Shown here: in pieces, positions 1 through 8,463 of the stretch
Layout: each line of letters opens with the position of its first letter
How positions within the stretch are numbered: position 1 is the first letter of the stretch
Source of the DNA: Acidobacteriaceae bacterium
Lineage (GTDB): Bacteria > Acidobacteriota > Terriglobia > Terriglobales > Acidobacteriaceae
Assembly (NCBI GenBank): GCA_049800615.1
Contig: JBARKD010000406.1
Span: 1-51,631, forward strand
Length of the DNA: 51,631 nt
Reading direction: 5' to 3'
Notes under the pieces: generated by a model
Told to the model about the DNA's origin: nothing
What the model saw: the letters and a program-made list of their open reading frames with translations, nothing else
Database searches by the model: none
Position numbers and translations under genes: made by a program

Positions 1-98
1 TGGTTCCGTATGGGAACAAATGGCCGGCCTATCGCTCGATCTTCAGAATTCGCACGACGCTAGTGGCCTGTCGCAGAGAAGACGTTAGTAAAGCAAAT

Positions 99-153
99 GA
101 ATTGTCATCTCGACCGAAGCGTAGCGAAGTGGAGAGATCTGCAGTTTCCTTCC
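99..153. repeat. Dispersed short repeat, family A (gaattgtcatctcgaccgaagcgtagcgaagtggagagatctgcagtttccttcc)
   Basis: The same motif (gaattgtc.tc.cgacc.gagcg.agcgaag..g.gatctgc.gttt) recurs at 23943-23990. A 5' fragment is at 24013-24030 and a 3' fragment at 23857-23875. It is intergenic, downstream of the Rieske gene. Confidence 0.6.
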
Positions 154-210
154 CCAACTCCGATCCTCTCAATCAGTAACGCTTTCTCTGAGACACGTCG
201 CTAGTAGCCT

Positions 211-2523
211 CTAGAGGTCGAGAACAACATCCGCTCCCTCTCTTTCCCCGTTTGCCCGCGAAACCTTGCGCGGCACGGAACAGCAAAGAAGAATACTTCC
301 TTCCTTGCGGTCGGCCAGGGGCTGTTCGAGATACTCCACTTCACCACGAAGCATACGAGTGGTGCACGTGCCGCAGATTCCCGAACGGCAGCCGAAAGCT
401 GGAGCCAGCCCGACCTCTTCCGCAAGTTCGAGCAACGTGCCGTCTACCGGTGACCACGTGGTCTCGACTCCTGACCGGGCGAATTTCACGCGAGCTGCGT
501 CGTCTTTGCCCGGCTCCGCCGCTTTTCTCGGGATCTCCGGTTTCAGAATCGTGCCCGGGCCAAACGACTCGTAGTGAATCCGCTCCGCCGGCACACCCTT
601 CTTCGTCAGGCCATGGTAGAGCGCATTCATGAACTCCGACGGCCCGCACAGATAATAATCGTGATCCCCGGCGGGCACGAATCCCGACAACAAACCAATA
701 TCGATGCGTCCAACGCTGGAGTGCGAGACTCCGAGCTGATCCTCAGCCGCCGGGCTGCTGTATCGAATATGCACCTGCATCCCAGGGTGCTCGCCGGCTA
801 ACTTTCTTATGTGCTGTTGAAAGGCCTGGACCCGGCTGTTTCGTGTGCCGTGAATAAAATAGATGGGCCGATAACTTCCAGTCCGACGGCCTTCTTCGAC
901 AATATGTTCAGTGATCGCAATCATAGGCGTCAGCCCTACGCCGCCCGAAACCAGGACCACTGGGCGAAGGCTGCTTTCGTCCAGAACAAACTTGCCGCGC
1001 GGCGCCATCCCTTCGAGGCGAAAGCCCAGGCCGGCATGGGCATGCAGAAATTCTGAGACGAGCGGCCTATCCCCTCCACGGCGGATGGATAGCCGGTAGA
1101 AATCAGGATTTGCCCGCGTGGAAAGAGTGTAGGTCCGCAGGACCGGTTCCGCATGCCCTGGGATGGGCACGCGGATGGGCAGAAACTGTCCCGGAAGCCA
1201 GGAAGCAAGCGGCTGTCCGTCAGCGCGGCGCAGATAAAACGAAGTGATCAGATCGCTCTCTTTCTCCACCTTTGCGACTGCCAGCTCTACATATGCGTTG
1301 CCATCGCTCCTGGGAAGCGCGGAAGCAGTGGACGTCGCGCTGATAATGGTGGAGATGGGAACCGTTTTCGAGGAGCCAGGCCTTTCCGCCGGAGCGGAAT
1401 CGTCTGACAACGCCCGCACCACCAACTTCAGAAAATGGATACAAAGATGCTCGCTGTTCGTCAGGAATCGTCCCAGCTCCGGGATACCACCCAATAACCC
1501 TGTCTGCACGGAACTTGTCAGCGCATTGTCTTCGTTGCCCACCTGATTGTTGAAGGCAATCAGATCCTCGGCGAACTTCTCCGAAACGCCGGGAGCAAAA
1601 TACTGCTCGGAGAATCCTTTGGTGTGATTCGGGCCGTCCGGGATCCAAACATCGATCGACAGGTTGGGAAATCCGGGATTGATATTGATGGTGACGTTGG
1701 GCCACAGGAGATGGTATTGCGCCTGCCTGACTTCGCCGCGCGCATCGTAAATCTTTATCGCGGTCTTACCTTCGAGAGCCGACTGGCGAACTTCTCCCAG
1801 CTGGCTGGCAAACCAGTCGTACGCCTTCAGGTTGTAGTTCTCCTCTTTCACGTCGATGGCCGCGGCGAAGCCAGGATGGGCAACAGCGCAGTGATAACAC
1901 TCCAGGTAGTTCTCGAGCTTGGTCTTCCAGTTGGCGTTAGCCGTCCAGTCCTCCCGGCTGTGAAGCTGCAGAGTCTCAAGATCCACCTGGCTGCCGCGAA
2001 TAATCTCGAGTAGATCCCCGAAGAAGAAGGCAAGCGGCTTTGCCTGTGAATCGAGATTCACGAAGACGAACGGACCCAGGCTCTCCACGCGAAGCGTGAG
2101 AAGAGGATAGTTTTCCAGGCGGAAATCAGGCTCGGTAGCCGATCGTGGCGCGCCTCTCAGGCAGCCGGCGAGGTCATAGGTCCAGGCGTGATATCCGCAC
2201 TGCATCACTTTCGAATTTCCCCGTCCCTTCATCACTTCATGCCTGCGATGCCGGCACACGTTCACGAAGCTTGCCAACCCTTTTTCGTTGCGCAGAACCA
2301 CGACCGGGACACCACCCGCGTACCCGGTGATGTAGTCGCCGAGATTCTTCAGCTCCTGGGCCGGCCCGATATAGTTCCAGCTTTTGCGGAAAATCTTTTC
2401 AATTTCGCGAGTGGTGAACGACGGATCGGTGTACCACGGTGAGGGAAGTGATTGGCCCCGATCAAGCGCGGCGAGCAGGCGATCGGTGACGTCGCTGCGT
2501 TGGCTGTCTGCAACCTCAATCAT
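211..2523 (-). CDS. Rieske non-haem-iron oxygenase alpha subunit fused to an FNR-like flavin reductase with a plant-type 2Fe-2S ferredoxin domain
   Basis: 770-aa ORF. It has the Rieske motif CRH-x16-CGYH and the mononuclear iron motif ECYHCAVAH (H-x4-H). A Ser/Ala/Pro-rich linker lies at about nt 1280-1400. The C-terminal half has RTYTLS (flavin), GGVGLTPM (NAD(P)H) and CRSGICGTC...LLCC (2Fe-2S). Confidence 0.85.
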   Translation of the reverse strand: MIEVADSQRSDVTDRLLAALDRGQSLPSPWYTDPSFTTREIEKIFRKSWNYIGPAQELKNLGDYITGYAGGVPVVVLRNEKGLASFVNVCRHRRHEVMKGRGNSKVMQCGYHAWTYDLAGCLRGAPRSATEPDFRLENYPLLTLRVESLGPFVFVNLDSQAKPLAFFFGDLLEIIRGSQVDLETLQLHSREDWTANANWKTKLENYLECYHCAVAHPGFAAAIDVKEENYNLKAYDWFASQLGEVRQSALEGKTAIKIYDARGEVRQAQYHLLWPNVTININPGFPNLSIDVWIPDGPNHTKGFSEQYFAPGVSEKFAEDLIAFNNQVGNEDNALTSSVQTGLLGGIPELGRFLTNSEHLCIHFLKLVVRALSDDSAPAERPGSSKTVPISTIISATSTASALPRSDGNAYVELAVAKVEKESDLITSFYLRRADGQPLASWLPGQFLPIRVPIPGHAEPVLRTYTLSTRANPDFYRLSIRRGGDRPLVSEFLHAHAGLGFRLEGMAPRGKFVLDESSLRPVVLVSGGVGLTPMIAITEHIVEEGRRTGSYRPIYFIHGTRNSRVQAFQQHIRKLAGEHPGMQVHIRYSSPAAEDQLGVSHSSVGRIDIGLLSGFVPAGDHDYYLCGPSEFMNALYHGLTKKGVPAERIHYESFGPGTILKPEIPRKAAEPGKDDAARVKFARSGVETTWSPVDGTLLELAEEVGLAPAFGCRSGICGTCTTRMLRGEVEYLEQPLADRKEGSILLCCSVPRKVSRANGEREGADVVLDL

Positions 2524-2556
2524 GAGATTTCCTCCTCGGCTGAAAGCTTTAGGCCG

Positions 2557-3789
2557 CTATGACTTTTGACCCTCGGACCCCTGTGGAATGCGTTGATTGC
2601 CGATCGGGCTCGGGGAAGATCCCGTCTTTGCCAGAATAGGTACGGACAAAAGCAAAATTACGCTGGCACTTAACAACACACCCCAGAAATTAAACCGGCG
2701 CGCTCCCAGGGAAGCGAGGAGCGTGGCGCCCAACATGCCTACCGAGTAGCAGATGTTGTACACCGCATAAACTGCCGAATAGCAGGAGAGCCCCGACCGG
2801 TCCACCACATTGCCAAGTTCCGCCGATGCCGGGTTGAGCATGAGTGCGTACGAGATATTCACCAGCGATAGTCCGGTGCACATCAGGATTGTGCCGCGGA
2901 AAACAGTAAAGAGAGGCAACACCGCGGCCATGGCAATCGCCCCGAGCACGATCATTCTGTTCAACGCCATCCGCTCGGCCACCCGTCCAAGCACCGGCGC
3001 GCTTAGGCCGTAAACCAAACTTGCCACCGTGAAGATCACACCAACCTCCACAGAGGTTGCCCCCAGTTGCTTGAGCCTCGCGGGCAGCAGCGGTTCGAGG
3101 ATGCCCAATGAGAACGCAGCCATCGCCACCGCAGTGGCGGGGAACAAGATTTCCCGGTTGAGCAGCAGCGAATGGAAAGCAACCGTCTCCTTCGCTTCGC
3201 CGCTCTTTGCCGGCAGAAAGAACCCTATCAATACAGCACTTAACGCAAACATCGCGCTGCTAATGAAATACGACGTCTTATACCCCAATGTGTGAGCCAG
3301 AAATCCGCCGGCGATGGGCCCCAGGACAGAACCGAACGTCCCGCCCGTAAAAGCATAGCCGAGCATTTCCACCCGCTTCGCCGCGAAGTTGGTTGCGATC
3401 AGTGCCAGTCCGGAGGTCCAAAGAGCCGCCGAAGCCGCCCCCTGACAGAACTTCGCCAATATCAGCAAAGGGAAGCTCGATGCCAGGGCCGGCAAAATTG
3501 TGGAACATACTCCCAGGGCCAGGCCGCACAGCATAGTCCTTCGGCCACCCACCCGATCTCCCAGATATCCAAAGAGCGGTGTCACCACCAGGACACTGGC
3601 CGCATACACGCCGTAGAGCCAGATCAGTCGGGTTTGCGCGCTCGGTCCAAGCGGCAGATAAGCCGTGAGTGGATAGAACAGCCCGTAGGAAAAATAGTCG
3701 GCAAACAGAACGAATGCAACGTAGATGACCATGAGTTTGGCTTGAAGACCCATCGCGTTTGCTGTGCGGGTCTGGATCTCCTGCATCAT
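2557..3789 (-). CDS. MFS transporter
   Basis: Polytopic hydrophobic ORF with about 12 predicted helices and the MFS-like loop GYLGDRVGGRR. I chose the start at the ATGATG preceded by GAGGA. The ORF is open up to 3852. It ends 33 nt upstream of the Rieske gene start. Confidence 0.8.
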   Translation of the reverse strand: MMQEIQTRTANAMGLQAKLMVIYVAFVLFADYFSYGLFYPLTAYLPLGPSAQTRLIWLYGVYAASVLVVTPLFGYLGDRVGGRRTMLCGLALGVCSTILPALASSFPLLILAKFCQGAASAALWTSGLALIATNFAAKRVEMLGYAFTGGTFGSVLGPIAGGFLAHTLGYKTSYFISSAMFALSAVLIGFFLPAKSGEAKETVAFHSLLLNREILFPATAVAMAAFSLGILEPLLPARLKQLGATSVEVGVIFTVASLVYGLSAPVLGRVAERMALNRMIVLGAIAMAAVLPLFTVFRGTILMCTGLSLVNISYALMLNPASAELGNVVDRSGLSCYSAVYAVYNICYSVGMLGATLLASLGARRFNFWGVLLSASVILLLSVPILAKTGSSPSPIGNQRIPQGSEGQKS

Positions 3790-3916
3790 CGCTGTCCTCG
3801 AAGACTGTGCCGGCGCCGGCCTTTCGAAGGATCTTCCGCCGGAAAGAACCACGGCAACATTATCCTCTACTCAATGACGACCTATTGCGAACAGAAGTGT
3901 CCGATCGGGGCGACAA

Positions 3917-4369
3917 CTACCGGAACAACCTCGGGTCCCAGTAGACCGGCTCCGGTTTACCACATGTGATGAGAGGAAACGCAGAGTGAGCCGGGTTGAT
4001 CACGAGGTTGGTTTCGCGTCCTCGCGTGATCACACTGGGCACTCTTAAGACAGCGGTCCGGTTCGATCGAATCCACTGGTCTCCGAAAGCGCGGGAGGCA
4101 GCCATCCCGGCGTCCTCCCAATCAGCTATCTGTCCGGCAACCACGGTTTCGATTGCAACCTCTTCGGGAATATCAATTTGCACCGCGCGAGCGCTTTTCG
4201 GGGGTTGCGAAAGGTTTGCGTGCACGAGTATTTCCAGCAGCGCGCCCGCATAACTTCCGCATGCATAGATCACGGCAAGTCCAGCGGAATTCCAACGTCC
4301 ACCGTGAAGCTTAGCTCCGGCCGCATCGAAGATCGGATGCCGTCCGTCAGCAATCCGGTAGGCGATCAT
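3917..4369 (-). CDS. RES-domain toxin (NAD+-targeting toxin family)
   Basis: 150 aa. The R/E/S signature positions are visible: HGGRWNS, ALLEILVH, LRVPSVI. The ATG immediately follows the TAG stop of the upstream antitoxin gene. Confidence 0.85.
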   Translation of the reverse strand: MIAYRIADGRHPIFDAAGAKLHGGRWNSAGLAVIYACGSYAGALLEILVHANLSQPPKSARAVQIDIPEEVAIETVVAGQIADWEDAGMAASRAFGDQWIRSNRTAVLRVPSVITRGRETNLVINPAHSAFPLITCGKPEPVYWDPRLFR

Positions 4370-4792
4370 CTATAGGGGCAAGCCAAAAAAGAGCTTATTC
4401 AAGAGTTCTTCAACCCTGCGTGCGCCGAGCTCGGTCCGCGCGGTTTCCAACGGTGTTTTGCCGCCGAGTTCAGGATGTGCAGTGCTCATCCACGCGCGAG
4501 CCCGCTCCCGGTCATCCCACACAAATTCCGCAGCGGCGAGAACCCGGGCAAGACGCTCCGTCCTTGCGCTTTCCTCTACGGAGAGGCGTCTGGTTCGCCG
4601 TTTCCATGTGGCTTGAGGAACGACTTGAAACTTGTAGGCGGATGCACTGCGATGGTCGGTATGGAGACGGGCGGAAAGACGCTCTAACGCGCGCTTGGGC
4701 AGGCCGGCCGAAACCGCCGACTCAAGTTGGCTGACAGTACGTATCGACGGCCCTAATCCAAGAATCTCTGCGATGATTTGCGGCGCGATCAT
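4370..4792 (-). CDS. Xre-like antitoxin with a DUF2384 (MbcA/ParS-type) toxin-binding C-terminal domain
   Basis: 140 aa. The C-terminal signature is ARAWMSTAHPELGGKTPLETARTELGARRVEELLNKLFFG. The gene sits directly upstream of, and abutting, the RES gene. Confidence 0.8.
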   Translation of the reverse strand: MIAPQIIAEILGLGPSIRTVSQLESAVSAGLPKRALERLSARLHTDHRSASAYKFQVVPQATWKRRTRRLSVEESARTERLARVLAAAEFVWDDRERARAWMSTAHPELGGKTPLETARTELGARRVEELLNKLFFGLPL

Positions 4793-4794
4793 GG

Positions 4795-6102
4795 TTACCC
4801 TCCCGGATCCACCCCCAGCTCATTATATCCGTTTTTGGGGCTCATATGAGCCAACCAGGGAGGTTCCAGAAAAGCCTCAAAAAGCCTTGCATAGAGGCCC
4901 TGCCGGCTGGCTAGCCTGGCATTTCGTGCGCGCAGAAAATCGAAACGAAAGGGAGACCAACCTTCAGCTTCCGCCAGAAATGCGGGAGAGAAGAACTCAT
5001 GTGAGTTTGCGATCGCCCCAACGATAAGCGATTGCCAGCTCATGCGTAGCAATTTCTTCAGCATCGCAGTGCCGTAAAGCAAATGTTCCATGCCTGCGGC
5101 TACCTGCATGCTGAAGTTCAGAAGCTGGATCACCAGGCTGTCCAGCGGACGCCCCGACGTGGCAGCCTGTGTAAATAAGGTCACGGATCCGCGCCGCATA
5201 TCCTCGCGAATGTCCTGCAAATCGTCGCCCAGTTGCAGTAACACGCCCCAGGCAAAGGCAAATCGGCTTTCTTCGCGGCTCATGCAGCCGTGTGCCAGGC
5301 AGGCGTCGGCCAGCACGGAAGTGCCGCCTTTTGCGCAGCTGGTTCGCAAGATCTCGATCTCTGTCAAACCGCCTCTAACCCGGCCGCCGCTGGTTTGCGT
5401 AATACTTTCTTCCTGCGCCCGATGGATCGCTAATAAACAGGCGAAGACATGAGGATATTGTGCGCGAGCATACTGCTGTTCGATCAAGCCGACGAGAGTC
5501 CACAACGCGGCCTCCCGGTCGTCCTCAGCGGGGAGCGCAATGCCATGCAGGCGGTTTCGAAAGCGTTCGCTGAATCGGAGCTTCGCGGCATTCGGCACAT
5601 CCTCTCGATCCAGAAAATTATCGCTGTATGGATAAAGCAGGCTGTATCCCAGGATGGACGGTGTCAGCTTAATCGGTTGGCCCAGGAGAGGTTGCAACCC
5701 GCAAGCCGTCCAGGCATTCCGGCAAGCCTGGATGATGTCGGCCATGTCCAGGTTTGGGTCGAATTGCCTCGCAAAGCGAGCCAGTTCGGTCCCGACCGGC
5801 AACAGTTCCTCGGTTAGTAACTGGACGGCCCCGGACTCGAGATTCAGCGCGGTCGCAGAGAACCGAGCGAAGGAGGATGTGATCCGGTCCTGGGCCGCAA
5901 GGCGATCCGCCCTGGTTCGGAGGGTTTTCTTTGCCTCTTGTTCAACCTCGTGCAATCCCTGGTCGTACCCCTTCTCGCGCTTCTCCTGCTCTTCGGGGCT
6001 GTACCGCGGCATAGGCGGCGGCTTAGCGGCGCCGCTATTCCAGGAACGAATTGTTTCTGCAACGCGGCCCTCCACCCATTGCCAGCTATAAGGTTGCTCC
6101 AT
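4795..6102 (-). CDS. Hypothetical protein, possibly a class-1 isoprenoid synthase (squalene/phytoene-synthase-like) fold
   Basis: 435-aa ORF. Its TAA stop is 2 nt from the antitoxin ATG. By eye, YPYSDNFLD resembles a degenerate first Asp-rich motif. LGDDLQDIREDMRRGSVTLF resembles the second SQS/PSY motif (RD.GED..RGR.YLP). The fold assignment is unverified. Confidence 0.55.
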   Translation of the reverse strand: MEQPYSWQWVEGRVAETIRSWNSGAAKPPPMPRYSPEEQEKREKGYDQGLHEVEQEAKKTLRTRADRLAAQDRITSSFARFSATALNLESGAVQLLTEELLPVGTELARFARQFDPNLDMADIIQACRNAWTACGLQPLLGQPIKLTPSILGYSLLYPYSDNFLDREDVPNAAKLRFSERFRNRLHGIALPAEDDREAALWTLVGLIEQQYARAQYPHVFACLLAIHRAQEESITQTSGGRVRGGLTEIEILRTSCAKGGTSVLADACLAHGCMSREESRFAFAWGVLLQLGDDLQDIREDMRRGSVTLFTQAATSGRPLDSLVIQLLNFSMQVAAGMEHLLYGTAMLKKLLRMSWQSLIVGAIANSHEFFSPAFLAEAEGWSPFRFDFLRARNARLASRQGLYARLFEAFLEPPWLAHMSPKNGYNELGVDPGG

Positions 6103-6244
6103 CGTCCCTGTTGTTTACGCATTGCCGGAAGAAATAGTTCCCGCCCGTCTGCTCCGGCGTATCAGCGTCGAGCGAGGCCAACCAAACCCCACGAACATGA
6201 AAGAAGATTCATGAAGACCCCATTCAGACAGGGCCGGCATCTTC

Positions 6245-6556
6245 TCAGGATGTGCCTCGGGAATTCAAGTTGGCAAGCTCTGCCAGCGTAATCATCTCTA
6301 CTAATCCGGGGGGATAAGCAAAGTCCTCCAGGCAGACAATTGCGGAGGCGCTTGAATTCTCACGAATCACGGCAAGGTCGTTTCGTTGAATATAGGGGGG
6401 CAGCAAAACAACGTCGAAGCGTGTAGATGCAAGTAATTCAAGCAGTTGCTCCGGTGAACAGCCAACTGCATTGAGGTGACGTTCGTGCAACGCGGTGATT
6501 CTCTTCTTCAGGTCGGAACCTGAACCCACACAAAGAACTTTCACGAGACGAGCCAT
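6245..6556 (-). CDS. Hypothetical small protein, possibly a degenerate CheY-like receiver fold
   Basis: 103 aa counted from ATG 6556, with GGAAAGG 9 nt upstream. The pattern KVLCVGSGS...FDVVLLPPY mimics the receiver beta1/beta3 strands but lacks the acidic pocket and phospho-acceptor Asp. Confidence 0.4.
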   Translation of the reverse strand: MARLVKVLCVGSGSDLKKRITALHERHLNAVGCSPEQLLELLASTRFDVVLLPPYIQRNDLAVIRENSSASAIVCLEDFAYPPGLVEMITLAELANLNSRGTS

Positions 6557-6751
6557 GAGGTTCATCCTTTCCTATGTGCAAAGCGCTGAACGCTGGTTGA
6601 ATGCTGGACAGCTTGCCCAAAGAAAATAGTTATCCCGAACTTATGAACGAATCAAGCGGCAATTGATACCAATTCGTAGGGAATCGGATCGCCTCAGAAT
6701 ATAGCAATACTTCCCGGACAGTTCCAGCAAGTTTCCGCCGGATAGAATCCT

Positions 6752-7705
6752 CTACTTATCACCTGCGGCCTCTAACGCCCTGCGCCCCAGTTCGCGAAAG
6801 GTGGCTCGCAATTCGGGTGGGTTGTGCACCACAATCCTGCATCCCATGGCCAGCAGCATCCCGCCAAACATCCCCAACCGGTCCCGCCCGCAACGCAGAC
6901 GCGTACCGCCTTGTTGGGCTTCCGTGGCTACGCGCCACGGTGCAAACATGGGCCCAGCCTCCTCGATCGGCATGTCGATCCACACGTCAATTTGATAGTC
7001 CGATTGCAAAAACGGCATGCGCTCGGCGAGGAATTGGCGAGCATCGAAGTCAGCCGGGCGTTTGAAGGTCGCGTTGGAGATTTCCAGACCGCTGACGCGA
7101 TCCAGGCGAAACGTGCGGCGGTCCTTGCGCAGAAGGCAATGGCCGATAACATACCACCGGCCATCGCTGTGCAGAACTCCGTGGGGCTCAATCTGCCGCT
7201 GGGAGACAGCGCCGTCGTGAGCCTTGTAGGAGAAGCGAATTCTCTTACCGGCGCGGATAGCCGATGCAGCGCGGATCAGAAGCTCAACGGGCGTCGAGAC
7301 TACCCATGGACCGGGCTCGATGGCCACAACATCCTCCACCGTGCGGATGCTCTCGTGGAGTGCGTGCGGCAGAACCCGGGCCAATTTGGCGAGCGTACTC
7401 TCGGTGGCCGGCGCAAAAGCTGATAACCCAATCTGGCGCAATGCGCGCAGTCCCAGCGATAACGCAAAGGCCTCCTCGTTGGTCAGCAATAAGGGCGGCA
7501 GTCGATAGCCCGGCCGCAATCGATACGCGCCGCCTACCCCCCGGGAAGAGTCGATAGGAATGTGCAGATCCTTGAGGCGAACGATGTAACGCTGCACGGT
7601 GCGCAAGTCGACTTCCAGGCGCTCGGCCAGTTCAACCCCGCTTACATGGTCGCGTGCCTGCAGAATCTCGAGCATGGTCAGCACGCGCGTGATGGGGTCA
7701 TACAT
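6752..7705 (-). CDS. YafY-family transcriptional regulator (HTH plus WYL domain)
   Basis: N-terminal wHTH: RVLTMLEILQARDHVSGVELAERLEVDLRTVQRYIVRL. WYL-type motif: HSDGRWYVIGH. The start was moved to the internal ATG at 7705. The upstream extension to 7900 overlaps the divergent promoter and the dinB-like gene. Confidence 0.85.
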   Translation of the reverse strand: MYDPITRVLTMLEILQARDHVSGVELAERLEVDLRTVQRYIVRLKDLHIPIDSSRGVGGAYRLRPGYRLPPLLLTNEEAFALSLGLRALRQIGLSAFAPATESTLAKLARVLPHALHESIRTVEDVVAIEPGPWVVSTPVELLIRAASAIRAGKRIRFSYKAHDGAVSQRQIEPHGVLHSDGRWYVIGHCLLRKDRRTFRLDRVSGLEISNATFKRPADFDARQFLAERMPFLQSDYQIDVWIDMPIEEAGPMFAPWRVATEAQQGGTRLRCGRDRLGMFGGMLLAMGCRIVVHNPPELRATFRELGRRALEAAGDK

Positions 7706-7800
7706 GCGAAATCGATTCTCCTTCCAATTTACGACAGGATCTGTCGGGAATGCCGCGTACAGTCCAATTGAGCCCATCCAGGGCGACACAGGGAGCGAAA

Positions 7801-8283
7801 ATGACGACCCAAACCAGCGAAGTAAACGTCCTGACAGCGGACCACCTGCTTGAACAATGGCAAGGACACAGGCGGCTGACACGCAAGGTGATCGAGGCAT
7901 TTCCGGAAGACAAGCTATTCCAGTTTTCCGTCGGAGGCATGCGGCCCTTCGCGGACATGGCCTGGGAGTTCATTCGCATGGCTGTACCTATCGTGGACGG
8001 AGTGACCACCCATGAGTGGAAGGAGTTCACCGGAACCAAGCCGACGACCAAGAGCGAGCTTCTCCGGTTTTGGGATGCTCAGACGGATGAGCTGAACGAG
8101 AAGTTCCCGAAGATCCCCCCACACAGGTTCAGCGAGGTGTCGAAAGCTTTCGGCCAATGGGAGAACCCCGGGATCGTGACCATCCAATACGCGATCGACA
8201 ACGAAATCCATCACCGCGGCCAGGGATATGTCTATCTGCGTGCTCTAGGCATCGAGCCTCCGCCCTTCTGGGTGCGCGATTGA
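7801..8283 (+). CDS. DinB-superfamily (DinB_2-like) metal-dependent protein
   Basis: 160 aa with the C-terminal NEIHHRGQGYVY motif typical of DinB-fold proteins. GGGAG lies upstream of ATG 7801. The gene is divergent from the WYL regulator. Confidence 0.7.
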   Translation: MTTQTSEVNVLTADHLLEQWQGHRRLTRKVIEAFPEDKLFQFSVGGMRPFADMAWEFIRMAVPIVDGVTTHEWKEFTGTKPTTKSELLRFWDAQTDELNEKFPKIPPHRFSEVSKAFGQWENPGIVTIQYAIDNEIHHRGQGYVYLRALGIEPPPFWVRD

Positions 8284-8314
8284 GTCTCCGTAATCCGATA
8301 ATCCGTTGCACCCC

Positions 8315-8341
8315 CATCCTTCGCCCACTTTGCGAAGGATG
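8315..8341 (+). terminator. Perfect 10-bp stem hairpin downstream of the DinB-like gene
   Basis: The hairpin is catccttcgc-ccacttt-gcgaaggatg, 32 nt after the stop codon. There is no U-tract, so terminator function is uncertain. Confidence 0.3.
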
Positions 8342-8463
8342 GGAACTCATAGCGCGAACTCATGGCAGATGGCCGGATCCGTCTCCTTGTTGGGCAGCCT
8401 GCCCGGGGCTCAGGGGTATAGCATAGGAACAAAATCCCGTGTCTTCCCCGGGCAGGAGCCGCG

